Positions 12,133-24,320 of a stretch of 64,000 nt of DNA are shown here, piece by piece. Source of the stretch: Eledone cirrhosa (Eukaryota); the NCBI GenBank assembly GCA_964016885.1, contig OZ024756.1:9982001-10046000 (forward strand). The letters are read 5' to 3'. Under the pieces are notes generated by a model, which saw only the letters and a list, made by a program, of their open reading frames with translations, was not told the DNA's origin and made no database searches. Made by a program: the position numbers and the translations under genes. How positions within the stretch are numbered: the stretch's first letter is position 1; each line of letters opens with the position of its first letter.

Positions 12133-12194
12133 TATTTTATCTGATGAAAGCGTACCAAAGTTTTTGGTACCCTTGAAATATATATAATAGAATA
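12133..12194 (+). ncRNA. Minimal type-I hammerhead ribozyme motif (Penelope-like)
   Basis: UAUUUUAU-CUGAUGA-[AAGcGUACCAA aguuu UUGGUACcCUU]-GAAA-UAUAUA-UA^AUAGAAUA. The downstream ~130 bp are homologous to the reverse complement of 6770-6900. Confidence 0.8.
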
Positions 12195-12428
12195 AATACG
12201 GTTTTATAAATATAGTTTCCATTTATTTAATATCATTGAATGTTTACTCCAGAAATCTGTCGAGTGCTCTGAATCAGTTATAAACATTTATATTTGTTGA
12301 ATTACCAACAAATTAAATATCCCTTCTGCTTATATGGAAGCACATGGCTTAATGGTTAGAGCATTGGCCTTGCAATCGAAAGGTTGTGAGTTCAATTCTC
12401 AGACCGGGTATATATATATCTATATATG

Positions 12429-12463
<35 letters not shown>

Positions 12464-12487
12464 CTATATATGTATATATATATATTA

Positions 12488-14320
12488 TCATCATCATCAT
12501 CATCATCATCATCATCGTTTAACGTCCATCTTCCACGCTTGCATGGGTTTGGACGGGAGTTTTCCCACTTGAGGCAAGATTGGTTGTCTTGCTCGCATAG
12601 GACTATCTGGCGGGTTTTCTACGGCTGGATGCCCTTCCTAACACCAATCACATTTGCAGTGTGGGACAGGGAGGTTTTTACCGTGTTACCTACACGGCCA
12701 CATTACAGCGTGGACTGTGTTTTTTTGTCGTGACACCTACACAACTTCATTTGTTTTGGACTGGATGTTGTGGTACCAACATAACTTTACATTGAAAGGG
12801 GTGGTGTGGATGGGGTGGGTGTAGTGGGACGGGGGTGTATTTTTGTTAGAGGTGCCTACTGACTGTAGTAGGTTTCACTTTGTACTTAGGTAAGGCGGGT
12901 CTTCTGTATTACTGTGTAGCGCCAAAGATCTCGGTCCAGTGACATTGTCTTGGAGAGTGTAAGTGTGTGAGGTCGGAATTTATCAGGTCGTCCCAGGTTT
13001 TTCTGGGTCTGCCTACTCCGTGGCTACCGTCTATTTTTATTGCCCTGCACTTTTTTATACAGCTGTCGTCTTTCATGCGCATCACGTGACCATACCAATG
13101 TATGCTTCTCTCGAGTAAACAACATCTGATCCCTCTTATTTCTAATTTTTCCCTTAGTTCGCTTATGCTTTGCTGTTCACGTATATTACTATTACATATC
13201 CAGCGGAGCATGCAAGCTTCGTTCCTCTCCAGTCTGCATATATCCTCTGCACACAATGCCCAGGTCTCACTGCCATGTAACATTGCTGTTCGTATGCAGG
13301 CATCATACAGCCTGCCTTTCATTTTTAGAGAAAACCCTTTAGCGGCCAATAGTGGTATAAGCTCTCGGAACTTTTTCCATCCAGTTCTGACTCTAGCTAC
13401 TGTACTTTCAGAGCACCCTCCACCACTGCTGATTTTGTCACCCAAGTAATGGAAGGTGTCCACTATTTCTATAGAACCATCTGTGCAATGGAATGAGCTA
13501 GTATTCAGTGGGCACTTGCTGCTACTTATTGCACCACAGCACCGGCCACATTTAAAATCTATATTCTTAGTTAGCTTACCTGTGATCCCACTACATCTTT
13601 TATGCACCCATACTTTGCATTTGGGACATAAAATGGAGTTTCTGCCTACTCCTTTCCTACACACTGAGCATGGCCATTTCCCGGATGGGACCGGTGCCCT
13701 ATTTTCCTTCCTACAAACTAGAACTTTAGTCTTAGACAGGTTAATTTTAAGGCCTTTTGATTCTAGGCCATGCTTCCATGTTTGGAATTTCTTCTCTAGT
13801 TCAGCCATTGATTCAGCTATAGGATTTCCCATGGGCAGCCGGTCTTGAACTCCTCTGTTATAGCCTGAAGGGCAATAATAAATAGTAGGGGGCTAAGAAC
13901 GGAGCCCTGATGAACACCAACTTTTACGCTAACTCTTCACTATATTCGTTGTTAATTCTAACCTTGCTGACTGTTTCTTTATACATGGCTTGTATAGCTC
14001 TCACAAGCCATTCGTCAACACCTAGTTTTCTAAGAGCCCACCAGATAATGGAACAGGGGACTCTGTCGAAGGCTTTCTCCATGTCGACAAAAGCTAAGTA
14101 TAGGGGTTTACTTTTAGCTAGGTACTTCTCCTGTAGTTGTCGTACAGTGAAAAGAGCGTCTGTGGTACTTTTACGTGACACAAACCCGAACTGCATTTCA
14201 TCTAGATCAATTCGCTCTCTGATTAGTTGAGCTATACTTTTTCTGTGACCTTAATGACCTGGTCGATTAATTTAATGCCTCTATAGTTTCCCCTATCTAG
14301 GGCATCTCCTTTACCCTTAT
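12488..14320 (-). mobile_element. RTE-clade LINE, 5'-truncated and decayed (RT + PHD-like finger + 3' UTR + (GAT)n tail)
   Basis: ORFs QFGFVSRKSTTDA..FVDMEKAFDRV, GVHQGSVLSPLLF, WPCSVCRKGVGRNSILCPKCKVWVHKRC, LHGSETW, WYGHVMR, GRPRKTW. Frameshifts present and YADD deleted. Confidence 0.9.
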
Positions 14321-14365
14321 ATATATATATATGTGTATATATATATAATATATTATATATATGTA

Positions 14366-14402
<37 letters not shown>

Positions 14403-14565
14403 GTATGTATATATATATATATATATATAATTATATCTGAGATTTTTATCAATTTTGATATGGTCCAGCTATATTTTCAACTTTTCTGTAATTATCGTGT
14501 TATATGAATGGCCGCTGCCTTCGGCCCTTTTTCTTGGTGGCACAGTTTTTAACTGTTATATATAT

Positions 14566-14840
14566 CGTCATCGTCATCATCGTTTAACGTCCATATTCCA
14601 CGCTAGCATGGATTAGACGGGAGTTGTCCCACTTGAGGCAAGATTGGTCAGGTGACCGTGTATCCCTCGTATAGGACTATCTGGTTGGTAGGTTTTCTAC
14701 AGCTGGATACCCTTCCTAACACCAACCACATTTACAGCATGGACTGTGCGTTTTTTTGTCGTGAGACCTACATAATCTCGATCTCATTATCTCGGACTGG
14801 ATGTTGTAGTATCAACATAACTTTACAGAGAAAGGGTGGT
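14566..14840 (-). mobile_element. RTE LINE 3'-UTR fragment (diverged)
   Basis: Homologous to 12488-12805. Confidence 0.7.
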
Positions 14841-14951
14841 ATTGGTGAGAGTGGGAGATATTTCCAGTCATTTTATTGCAACCATGTTTTCTGCTGTTAT
14901 ATATTTTCAAAGATATCTAAAGGAACCTCTCTCTGCCTCCTTATTTTTCAG

Positions 14952-15236
14952 ATCTACTTCAATATGTACAAGAACCAATGTCCACAGTAGTACTTCCAAA
15001 TAGTCCAGTTGTTTTAACATGTCCAGTAACTCCTGCAACTGCACAGGTGCAGTGGTTTTATCAGGACAAACCTATTGATGATCAGTACCAAGGAGTTACA
15101 ATAAACGGGACCAGTCTTTCCATTAGTGAGTTCCATTCAGGAAATACTCTATACTCTCATGAAGGGATGTATTACTGTATTGCAACCACAGATGTTGGCT
15201 CACTTATCAGTCAACCTGCCTGGCTTCAGGAACCTC
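14952..15236 (+). CDS. CDON: Internal exon: complete Ig-like domain of a CDON/BOC/Ihog-like cell-surface receptor
   Basis: Acceptor ttatttttcAG, donor GTAAGT, 285 bp, phase 1-1. Encodes LLQYVQEPMSTVVLPNSPVVLTCPVTPATAQVQWFYQD...LSI...HEGMYYCIATTDVGSLISQPAWL, with Ig C-W-YxC. It resembles CDON/BOC Ig1 (EPxSxV..PVVLxC...GxYxCxA...GxxxSxPA) from recalled sequence. Orthology is tentative; DCC/protogenin are alternatives. Confidence 0.8.
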
Positions 15237-15383
15237 GTAAGTATTAAAAACTGTTCTCTATATGTTTAATGTGTGTGTGTCCCTTGTATGTTTTTAGATA
15301 AAATGTGTCATTTTCATTTCATTTTCATTTCATTATTTTTATTATTAAAGTGGGGTATTGTGATTTTAATTCTTAAAGTTCGG

Positions 15384-15707
15384 TACCACATGAAACCACA
15401 TTAGCAAAACATTCTTGTATAGGCCTTTGTTACCACATGAAACCACATTAGCAAAACATTCTTGTATAGGCCTTTGTTACCACATGAAACCACATTAGCA
15501 AAACATTCTTGTATAGGCCTTTGTTACCACATGAAACCACATTAGCAAAACATTCTTGTATAGGCCTTTGTTACCACATGAAACCACATTAGGAAAACAT
15601 TCTTGTATAGGCCTTTGTTACCACATGAAACCACATTAGCAAAACATTCTTGTAAAGGCCTTTGTTACCACATGAAACCACATTAGCAAAACATTCTTGC
15701 AAAGGCA
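15384..15707. repeat. 47-bp minisatellite, ~7 copies
   Basis: taccacatgaaaccacattagcaaaacattcttgtataggcctttgt repeated. Confidence 0.95.
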
Positions 15708-16429
15708 TCTGTATCCCTAAATATCTGTACATATGTGGGTGTTCCTTTTATTAAAATAAGACAATGTGCTTTTACTTCTTAACCTTCCATATAGCATGAA
15801 TCCACCTTAGAAAGGCCCCTGTATCCCTCTTTTATCTGTGTGCCTGTGTGTGTCCAGTAAGCTTTATGATAAAATATGTCATTTTCTGTTTTAGATGGGA
15901 CAGTGTGTTGTAGTTTCCTTAAAGCATTGTGTAAAGTGTAGTAAATAGTGGGTTTTATTAAAAGGCTAGAGAAATGAAAAATGGGATGTTAATTGTTAAA
16001 AAATTGATAACAAAATGTTGGGGTTGTTTAATAGTCTTTGATATTTCAGGATAAAATCCCTTTATCAAAAGAATAATGGAGGATATTCAGAATTTATCTA
16101 TCTAATCTATCTTACAGATGATCTGTCGATTTTGAGAATGTAAGCAAAACACTTGGCTTTCCTTTTACTCCGTAGTTCACTCGATGAGAAGTGTTTTAAA
16201 CTTCTATTTATGCCAGTCTAGAATTCAAATTCTCCGTTTTTCTCTTGGATTTTCAATTAATACTTTACATGTTTTTAATAATATGCCTCATTCTGTTGGA
16301 CCCTTCCTAAAAACTAACCTTCTCCTAAAGTTACCCATTATGGTCCAATCATAACTCAGTAGTTTATAGTAAGTTCTCTTACAAATCAGTATAGCAAAGC
16401 TACCACCTCGGTTATTACTCCTTAAGTTT

Positions 16430-17792
16430 AGACCAGTTTGATGGGTGGACTGTGGAATTTGGAAAGTCTGAACAGTCAATGACAATGTCACAGATAAAGA
16501 TAAATTCACCTCCCGCTGCAAGACGAGAATACAAAGACCCATCTTTATTTCAGACATAAATGATCAACATAATTCCGTCTCCCACACCCCTCCCTGCCCC
16601 TCCAACCCATCCATCCCACCCTCCCAATTTCAGAGTTGGTACCATGAACGTAGGCACATTGAAAGGTTGTTCAAATGAGGTTGTAGAGATGCTTGAACAT
16701 AAAGAAGTTGATGTTTGTTGACTAGGCGGAGAGGTGAGTCTGCCAGATTCATCGTGGATAAAAAACGATGCTATAAACTTTTCTGGGTGGGAAATGACAA
16801 CGGACTGGTGTAGGAATTATGTTAGCCGAAAAATGGGTAGATAAGGTAATTGACGTAAATAGAGTGAATGACAGAATAAATAAAATAAAACTTTGCACCC
16901 CAATCTGGTCTACCTGACGTTATAAAGGACAGATTCTATGAGACGCTAATACACACTACCTCCCAAATAACCGCAAGCAACTACTTGATTATTGCTGGCG
17001 ACCTAAATGGTCACGTTGGACAACATAGTGATTGCTATGATGGAATCCATGGAGGCTATGGGTTCGGAAATAGAAATGAGGAAGGCTTCAGAAACCTGGA
17101 ATTCTGTGACGCTAATAACCTAGCTATCTGTAACACAAACTTCAAAAAATGAGAAAACCACTTGATCACCTATAGATCAGGGGAACACGTCAGCTAGATA
17201 GATTATGTCCTTACTAGAAGATGTGACAAAGTGTCTGTTGTAAACACTAAATCCCTCCCCCGTAAAGAATGCACCTCCCAACATAGCCTAGTAGTTAGTG
17301 ACCTCATAGTCAGGAATAGACGTACTCGACCACAGAGGAGGCCTACCTTGAGGAGAAGGCTATAGAAGTTGAAGGACCCCATCGCCAGTGACAAATTTAA
17401 AAGCTTATTACTTGATGCCTTTGACAATAAGGAAGAGCAATTAGAGATGTGCGATATAGAGGAACAGTGGCAATTCTTGAAAGTGAACCTGCTGAAAGCA
17501 ACGGATGAAATCTGTGGCTGGAGCAGACCTATTGGCAGGAGGAGAGTAACTTGGTGGTGGAACAGTAAGGTGGAAGAGACAATCAAGGCCAAAAAGCAGG
17601 CTTGGAAAGTATGGCAGGATGGGGGAAGTAGAGAACACTATTAAGTGGCCAGGGGGGAAGCTAGGAGACAAGTGTACCTTGCAAAAAGGGAAGCAGAGGA
17701 TAGAAAGTTCAAGCATGTCCTACAATGTGAGTACCAAAAACGTGAGGTGTTCAGGATTGCTAGACAATGTGGCAAGGAAAACCGTGATATTG
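16430..17792 (+). pseudogene. RTE-clade LINE 5' half: decayed AP-endonuclease domain and linker
   Basis: FRVGTMNVGTLKG...IAGDLNGHVG...GGYGFGNRNEEG...SQLDYVL...SQHSLVV...TWWWNSKV, with stops and frameshifts. Confidence 0.85.
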
Positions 17793-17926
17793 ACATATAT
17801 ATATACACACATATATATATATATATAAGAATTAAAATACTAGAGTGTGTTGGAGTTAAACACCCTCTTCATATTATAGAAATGACAGTGTAAGATATAG
17901 CTCAATGTAATTAAACAGAGCCGAAG

Positions 17927-17996
17927 AATTATAAAAAATAAACCAAAGAAGCCTTCAATACATCAATGTATTGAGGCTTCTTTGGTTTATTTTTTA

Positions 17997-18001
<5 letters not shown>
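17927..18001. repeat. Fold-back palindrome (~36-bp arms) abutting (TA)n
   Basis: aattataaaaaataaaccaaagaagcc...ggcttctttggtttattttttataatt. Confidence 0.85.
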
Positions 18002-18028
<27 letters not shown>

Positions 18029-18032
18029 CTTA

Positions 18033-18430
18033 TCTATATATATAAAACAGAGGATGTCTGTGTGTCTGTTTCCCTAAAACTCGAGAAGTACCCAACCGGT
18101 TTTTTTCAAACTTTATACATGTAACTCGTATGACCCCGGAAGTGTTTTGAGCAAAAAAAATTTCAAATTTTCAATGCCCTAGGGACCGCATTAGGCGATT
18201 TAGCGATCTCTTTCTCTTAGTCTTTCTCTTTTTAGATAGATACATAGATATGACGTCGCGCCTTCATAATATCTGTCTGCATTACGTCATTATGAGGCGA
18301 TCAGTGTGTGTGTGTGTATATTCTTATGCCAGGGAACGTCTTCACGAACCAAAGTATCGTCTTCCTGTTTTCCAGATTGATTTTTTTAGTTTAAGAAGAT
18401 CCCAGTGATTCTTTGTTATTTTAATATATA
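18033..18430 (+). mobile_element. Non-autonomous Helitron 5' portion
   Basis: a|TCtatatatataaaacagaggatgtctgtg 5' end, homologous to 33914-34200 and 61730-61900. Confidence 0.7.
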
Positions 18431-18476
18431 CATTTCTGTATGTATGTATGTATATATATATATATACATACCTGAC

Positions 18477-18528
<52 letters not shown>

Positions 18529-19932
18529 GTCAGGTCACCAGTTGGTGCTACTGGTAACATGTATCCCAGTACAACCTGTCTCATGGTCGGGTCGTTGGCG
18601 ACTAAACTGGCAACCCCACCAAGGTTTCTTGGTGAGGAGGGTGACTTTGGACATCCTGCAGGACTAAAAACAAAACTTGTCAAAGGGCAAAGGAGTTGTT
18701 AAGAGTCAATGGCTATCCAAAATCACCGGGAGAGATGACCCCTTAGCCTTTGTCAAGGCAGAATTCTAGGAGAAGGAAAACTCTGATATAACACCTGCAA
18801 CTCTGATGGTATCTAATGATGTTGACTTGTTCTTCTTTTTGGTAAATATCATCTTGGTTAAGCGAGTGGGACTGGCTTTGTGCAGTGCCTTTGCTCACTA
18901 TAAAAGCTTCACGGCACAGGCATTGCTTTATGTCTGGAGATCTCTCTGCACTTGTCGTCACATGGTACGAAGGGCCCAGCACTATGTGTCAATAATTGTC
19001 ACAAGTGTAGTGTTTGTACCAGAGTTTTCAAGTAGCTGGCTGGACTAAAAAGTCACACTCGTTCAGCGCATCGGTAGGAGTTCTCCTACATGGATATAAA
19101 GTAGTGGCCGTACTCGAAAACGAGTTGGCAGCCACCATATATTATATATATATGTATGTATATATATATATTATATATATGTATGTATATATATATATGT
19201 ATTATATATATGTATGTATATATATATATATATTATATATATGTATGTATATATGTATATGTATGTATATATATATATATATATTATATTTATTAAAATA
19301 ACAGATTAAAGTTTAAGCAAAGAATCGCTGCTTTCACCCTTAACGGGATCTTCTCAATTTAGTCTTCAATTTTATTATTATTATTATTATTACTATATAT
19401 ATATTATATATATGTATATATATATATGTATTATATATATGTATGTATATATATATATATATGTATTATATATATGTATGTATATATATATATATATTAT
19501 ATATATGTATGTATATATATATATGTATGTATATATATATATGTATTATATATATGTATATATATATATTGAGTTAAGAACTCAGAGTAGTCTCTTACAA
19601 TTAAATAGCTCTAAGAAAAAAGCTTTTCCGAGCCGTACAATATAATTGAATAAAGAAGAGAGATGAACACTCATATAAACATACATGTGTTCGAATCCTA
19701 AGGACTAAAATTTCTTAGCGTTAAAAAATACTAACTACACCCTTATAGTTTGTTATCCTTAACTTTAAATATTAAATTAAGAAAAATTAAGAAAAATAAC
19801 AGACCTATATTGGGCTAAAATGCCTGGTAACAACATACTTCAACAGCATTCTAATGAAAGTGTGTATACATTTTGGGGTACACCCTGTATATGTGTATGT
19901 GTATATATAAGTGTGTGTGTGTGTGCTTGTGC

Positions 19933-19964
<32 letters not shown>

Positions 19965-20210
19965 ATATATATATAAGAAAGTGAAAGAGAGAAGAGGTAG
20001 GAGAGTATAGTGTGGACTATATTAGTTAGTATTAGCAGAGCATTAGGCATTAATAATGGTTAAGGAATTGCTTGGCCAACATTATTCATGCTTAACAGAT
20101 GTCTATTAGAAGTGACATTTTTGGCTAATGAAGGAGCTTTTAGTTTGGCAATGGCATCATGCTGATAAGTCTGCACTCCCCCACTTACTACTTTCTCCCT
20201 CTATAGCTAT

Positions 20211-20292
<82 letters not shown>

Positions 20293-20766
20293 CTTTCTAT
20301 ATATCTCTCTCTCTCTCTCTCTAACTATCTATCTATCTATCTATCTTTCTATCTCTCTCTCACATACTCTCGCTCTCCCTTTCTATATATCTCTTTCTCT
20401 ACCTCTCTCACACACATACACACACACGCTCTATCTCGCATACTATCTCTCTCTTTCTCTTTCTCTCTCTCTCTCTCACACACACATACACACACACGCT
20501 CTATCTCACATACTATCTCTCTCTTTCTCTTTCTCTCTCTCTCTCACACACTCTCTATATATATATCTATCTCAGACTCTTTCTCTGTGAATGCTTGCTG
20601 TTTTCCTGTGGGTTGGGTGCATGTATGATATGTATGTATGAGTGGTGTGGTGGTTGTGTGTGTATATATATGTATAGAGAGAGAGAGAGAGAATAAATGG
20701 AATAGAATGAAACGAAATTTCATTTCTCACTCTTAGTACGGCAGTTACTTAAATGTATGTATACGT

Positions 20767-21111
20767 ACATCATCATCATCATCATTTCATTTTACGTCTA
20801 CTTTTCCCTGCTTGCAAGGGTGGGACGGGAACTGATTCTGGCTTGATTTCTACAGCTGGATGCCCTTCCTAACACCAACCTCATTTACAGTGAGTGCTGG
20901 GTGCTTTTTTGCCGTGGCACCTCCACGACCACTCTACAGTGGAATGATATGGACCCCAGTCCCTATCATCTCATTTCTACAGCTGAGTAAACTGGAGCAA
21001 TGTGAAATAAAGTGTCTTGCTCAAGGAAAGAACACATCACCCGTCCTGAGAATTGAACTCACAACCTTTCGATTGCAAGGCCAATGCTCTAACCACTAAG
21101 CCATGTGCCTC
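20767..21111 (-). mobile_element. CORE-type SINE (family A)
   Basis: Reverse complement of 8048-8395. Confidence 0.85.
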
Positions 21112-21141
21112 TATATACATACATGCACACATATATATATA

Positions 21142-21510
21142 TGCACGTATCGGTTTACTGAACATTTATTATAATGCTCGGTTTGTTTGTTTGTTTGTTC
21201 GTTTCATTCTATTCCATTTATCGTTTTCAGTGCGCCCGGCCGACTAAACTCATTCGATATGCAAATTAGGCTGCTCAGCCGTTAATATGCATAAGGAAAG
21301 TATATACTTTCAGACGTTCAACCATCTGGCAGGAAGGTATACGATGCTGACGATAGCTAATGAGCTTGAAACTAGTACATCGTTCCTGTGTCAGTGTTGA
21401 ACAAAAAGGTGACGTGGTTGCCTAAACACTGTACGGCGTAATTATGGCTGTTTGTTTGTTTACAAACAAACCGAGCATTATAATAAATGTTCAGTAAACC
21501 AATACGTGCA
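21142..21510. mobile_element. MITE with ~48-bp terminal inverted repeats inserted in (TA)n
   Basis: tgcacgtatcggtttactgaacatttattataatgctcggtttgtttg ... caaacaaaccgagcattataataaatgttcagtaaaccaatacgtgca. Confidence 0.8.
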
Positions 21511-21643
21511 TATATATATGTGTGCATGTATGTATATATATACATACTACTGTACGTCTGTATACATATATGTATGTACGTATACATACATGCATACTTA
21601 CATATATATATATACATATACATATATATTTAAATACATACAT

Positions 21644-21685
<42 letters not shown>

Positions 21686-21884
21686 TTAAGGATACTATTT
21701 ATGGTTATTTATATACTAAAACCTTTTATAGTTATATATATTTTAAACCCTAAACAGTGAAAGACAGTAATATATTACTACCTTATTACCAGTAAGATAA
21801 ATAGCTCAATGTAATAACATCAGTTGTTCTACAGAGCAGTTATATAGAAATTACATGAATCAAAGTTCTGTTTAAACCATTTAT

Positions 21885-21933
21885 TCGCTTACAATTGTTT
21901 CGTCCAAATCGAGGTTTGGCGTCTTCGGAGCAA
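21885..21933 (-). ncRNA. Degenerate hammerhead-like motif
   Basis: Minus strand: UUGCU-CcGAAGA-cgCCAAA ccucga UUUGGac-GAAA-CAAUUG-UA^AGCGA. U4 is replaced by C. Confidence 0.5.
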
Positions 21934-22811
21934 TTTTTCAATGATTTTTTACATACTTGACCTCCTTTTCAACACAAGAGACATACAGAAACATATGTAT
22001 ATATTGATGCACAGTGGGTTGACTGACATCCATTATAATATTTAGCATAGCAATTTACATTCAAATATTAAAGTCATATCAAAGAACAAAATTAAAGTTA
22101 AAATACAACATTGGCAGTTTACGAAGATAAAGCAAGAGGATAGTTTGAAGTAGTTAGTGTATGCAATAGTTACAGATGCATGTATGCAATAGTTACAGAT
22201 GCACGTGTGTCTAGTTTATATAAGATTATAGTGCGGCAGGGTGTTATATGTAATACAAGCACTTTAAGCGGGCAATCAAGAGTATTATGGGGGTTGTATT
22301 GGTAAAGTATTTTTTATATGTATAATATAGACGCTTGTGTGTAGAGAAATATTAAAAATATTAAAAATATTAGAAGTGAGAAGCAAAACAATGTTATGGT
22401 TTTCGTATACTATCGTATATTTTCAGGCATACGGTTGCGGCCATGTTGAAGCCCTGCTTCGGACTACAGGCTGCCAAATTTTTTCTTCTCTTTTTTTCTT
22501 AAAACCTCTTGGAATGTGTTTACCACCATTCATTTGGTATACAACTATCATGCAATACGGCCTCCTGTCGTTTTACTTTATAACATATATATATTATAAT
22601 TTTAGAAGGATTTTGTAGTTTACTTGAAGAATTGTATATGGTATAGAGAATTGGAAGTTGGAAAGCCAACTTTATATATATTTATAAATAGTTAAGGGTC
22701 GAAACACTCACTTGAAGTGGGTTACTTCTCTGAAGACCTGTCCAGCTCTCCTGACAGTTTCTTCTCTGAAGACCTTCTGCTGTTCAGCTCTCCTGAGAGT
22801 TTTTTACCACT

Positions 22812-23160
22812 ATCATCATCATCATCATCATTCATTTCATTTCACGTCCACTTTTCCCTGCTTGCAAGGGTGGGACGGGAACTGATTCTGGCTTGATTTC
22901 TACAGCTGGATGCCCTTCCTAACACCAACCTCATTTACAGTGAGTGCTGGGGGCTTTTTTGCCGTGGCACCTCCACAACCACTTTGCAGTGGAATGATAT
23001 GGACCCCAGTCCCTATCATCTCATTTCTACAGCTGAGTAAACTGGAGCAATGTGAAATAAAGTGTCTTGCTCAAGGAAGCAACATATCACCCGGTCTGAG
23101 AATTGAACTCACAACCTTTCGATTGCAAGACCAATGCTCTAACCACTAAGCCATGTGCCT

Positions 23161-23163
<3 letters not shown>
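22812..23163 (-). mobile_element. CORE-type SINE (family A)
   Basis: Reverse complement of 8048-8395. Confidence 0.85.
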
Positions 23164-23229
<66 letters not shown>

Positions 23230-24320
23230 TACACACACACACACACACATACACACACACACATACACACATATATATATATAAACTGTTAAGTTAGTGA
23301 ATCTCTTACCATACTGTTAAGTATGGTTGGTGTGAGGAAGGGCATCCGGTTGTTGAAAGCTTGCCCAGGGTTTGGAAACACCCTTTCATCATGTGAAGGA
23401 CACAACACTCTCCCTGGTGTTGGGTTGGTAATCTATACAATAAAAACACCCAGTTGATGCTGTCAAGTGGTTAGTGTTAGGAAGGGCATCCAGCTCTATA
23501 GAAAGTTTGCCAAACAAGGGGTTAGGAGGATCCTTCATTTTGTGTTAAAAGACATGAAAACTTCTCTGCACTTGATAATGTCTGAAAGTAGGATACAAAC
23601 CTCCCCTGTCTAGTATACATGTGGCCCCGCCTCAGTACTGACTTGGTCTATGTACACCCGTCAAACCCTTCTAGCATGGAAACAGACGTTAACACTTTAG
23701 TATTTAAACTGGCTCTATCCGGCCAGAATTCTTTCACCTCTTTCTGTTCAAACTGGCTGTAACCATCCACTCATACTGATGTTAAGGTATTGTTCTCAAA
23801 ATAGATATCAAAATCTCATAGATTCGATATTATGTGAGGTAAAACCTTTACTGTGAAAATACAATAGTATATATAGAGTAATGTAAATGTTATGTGAGGT
23901 AAAGCCTTTACTGTGAAAATACAATAGTATATATAGAGTAATGTAAATTTTATGTGAGATATTATGTGAGGTAAAGCCTTTACTGTGAAAATACAATAGT
24001 ATATATAGAGTAATGTAAATGTTATGTGAGATATTATGTGAGGTAATGCCTTTACCGTGAAAATACAATAGTATATATAGAGTGGTTTCTTTATTTGCCA
24101 CTAGGGCACAAAAGGTAGGGACAGATACAAGGGGGGAAGTTTACATATAATTAACGAGTACAAAAATATAACAATGAAATAACAACAACAAACGAAGTCC
24201 TCAATAGGGAGGGGGCATTAACATGGGTCGCACACACCCCGGAAAAAATGTGCAACCCTTCTCCTCAGGAGCACAAAGAGTAGGTGCTTCTCTCGTCTCC
24301 TCTTTTTCCTCTTCTTTCAC

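Noticed and set aside
23808-24101. Repetitive HNISHNIYITLYILLYFHSKGFTS ORFs (also 29652, 38383, 39845, 59712)
   Set aside because: Translations of the MITE tandem unit, whose lengths are multiples of three.
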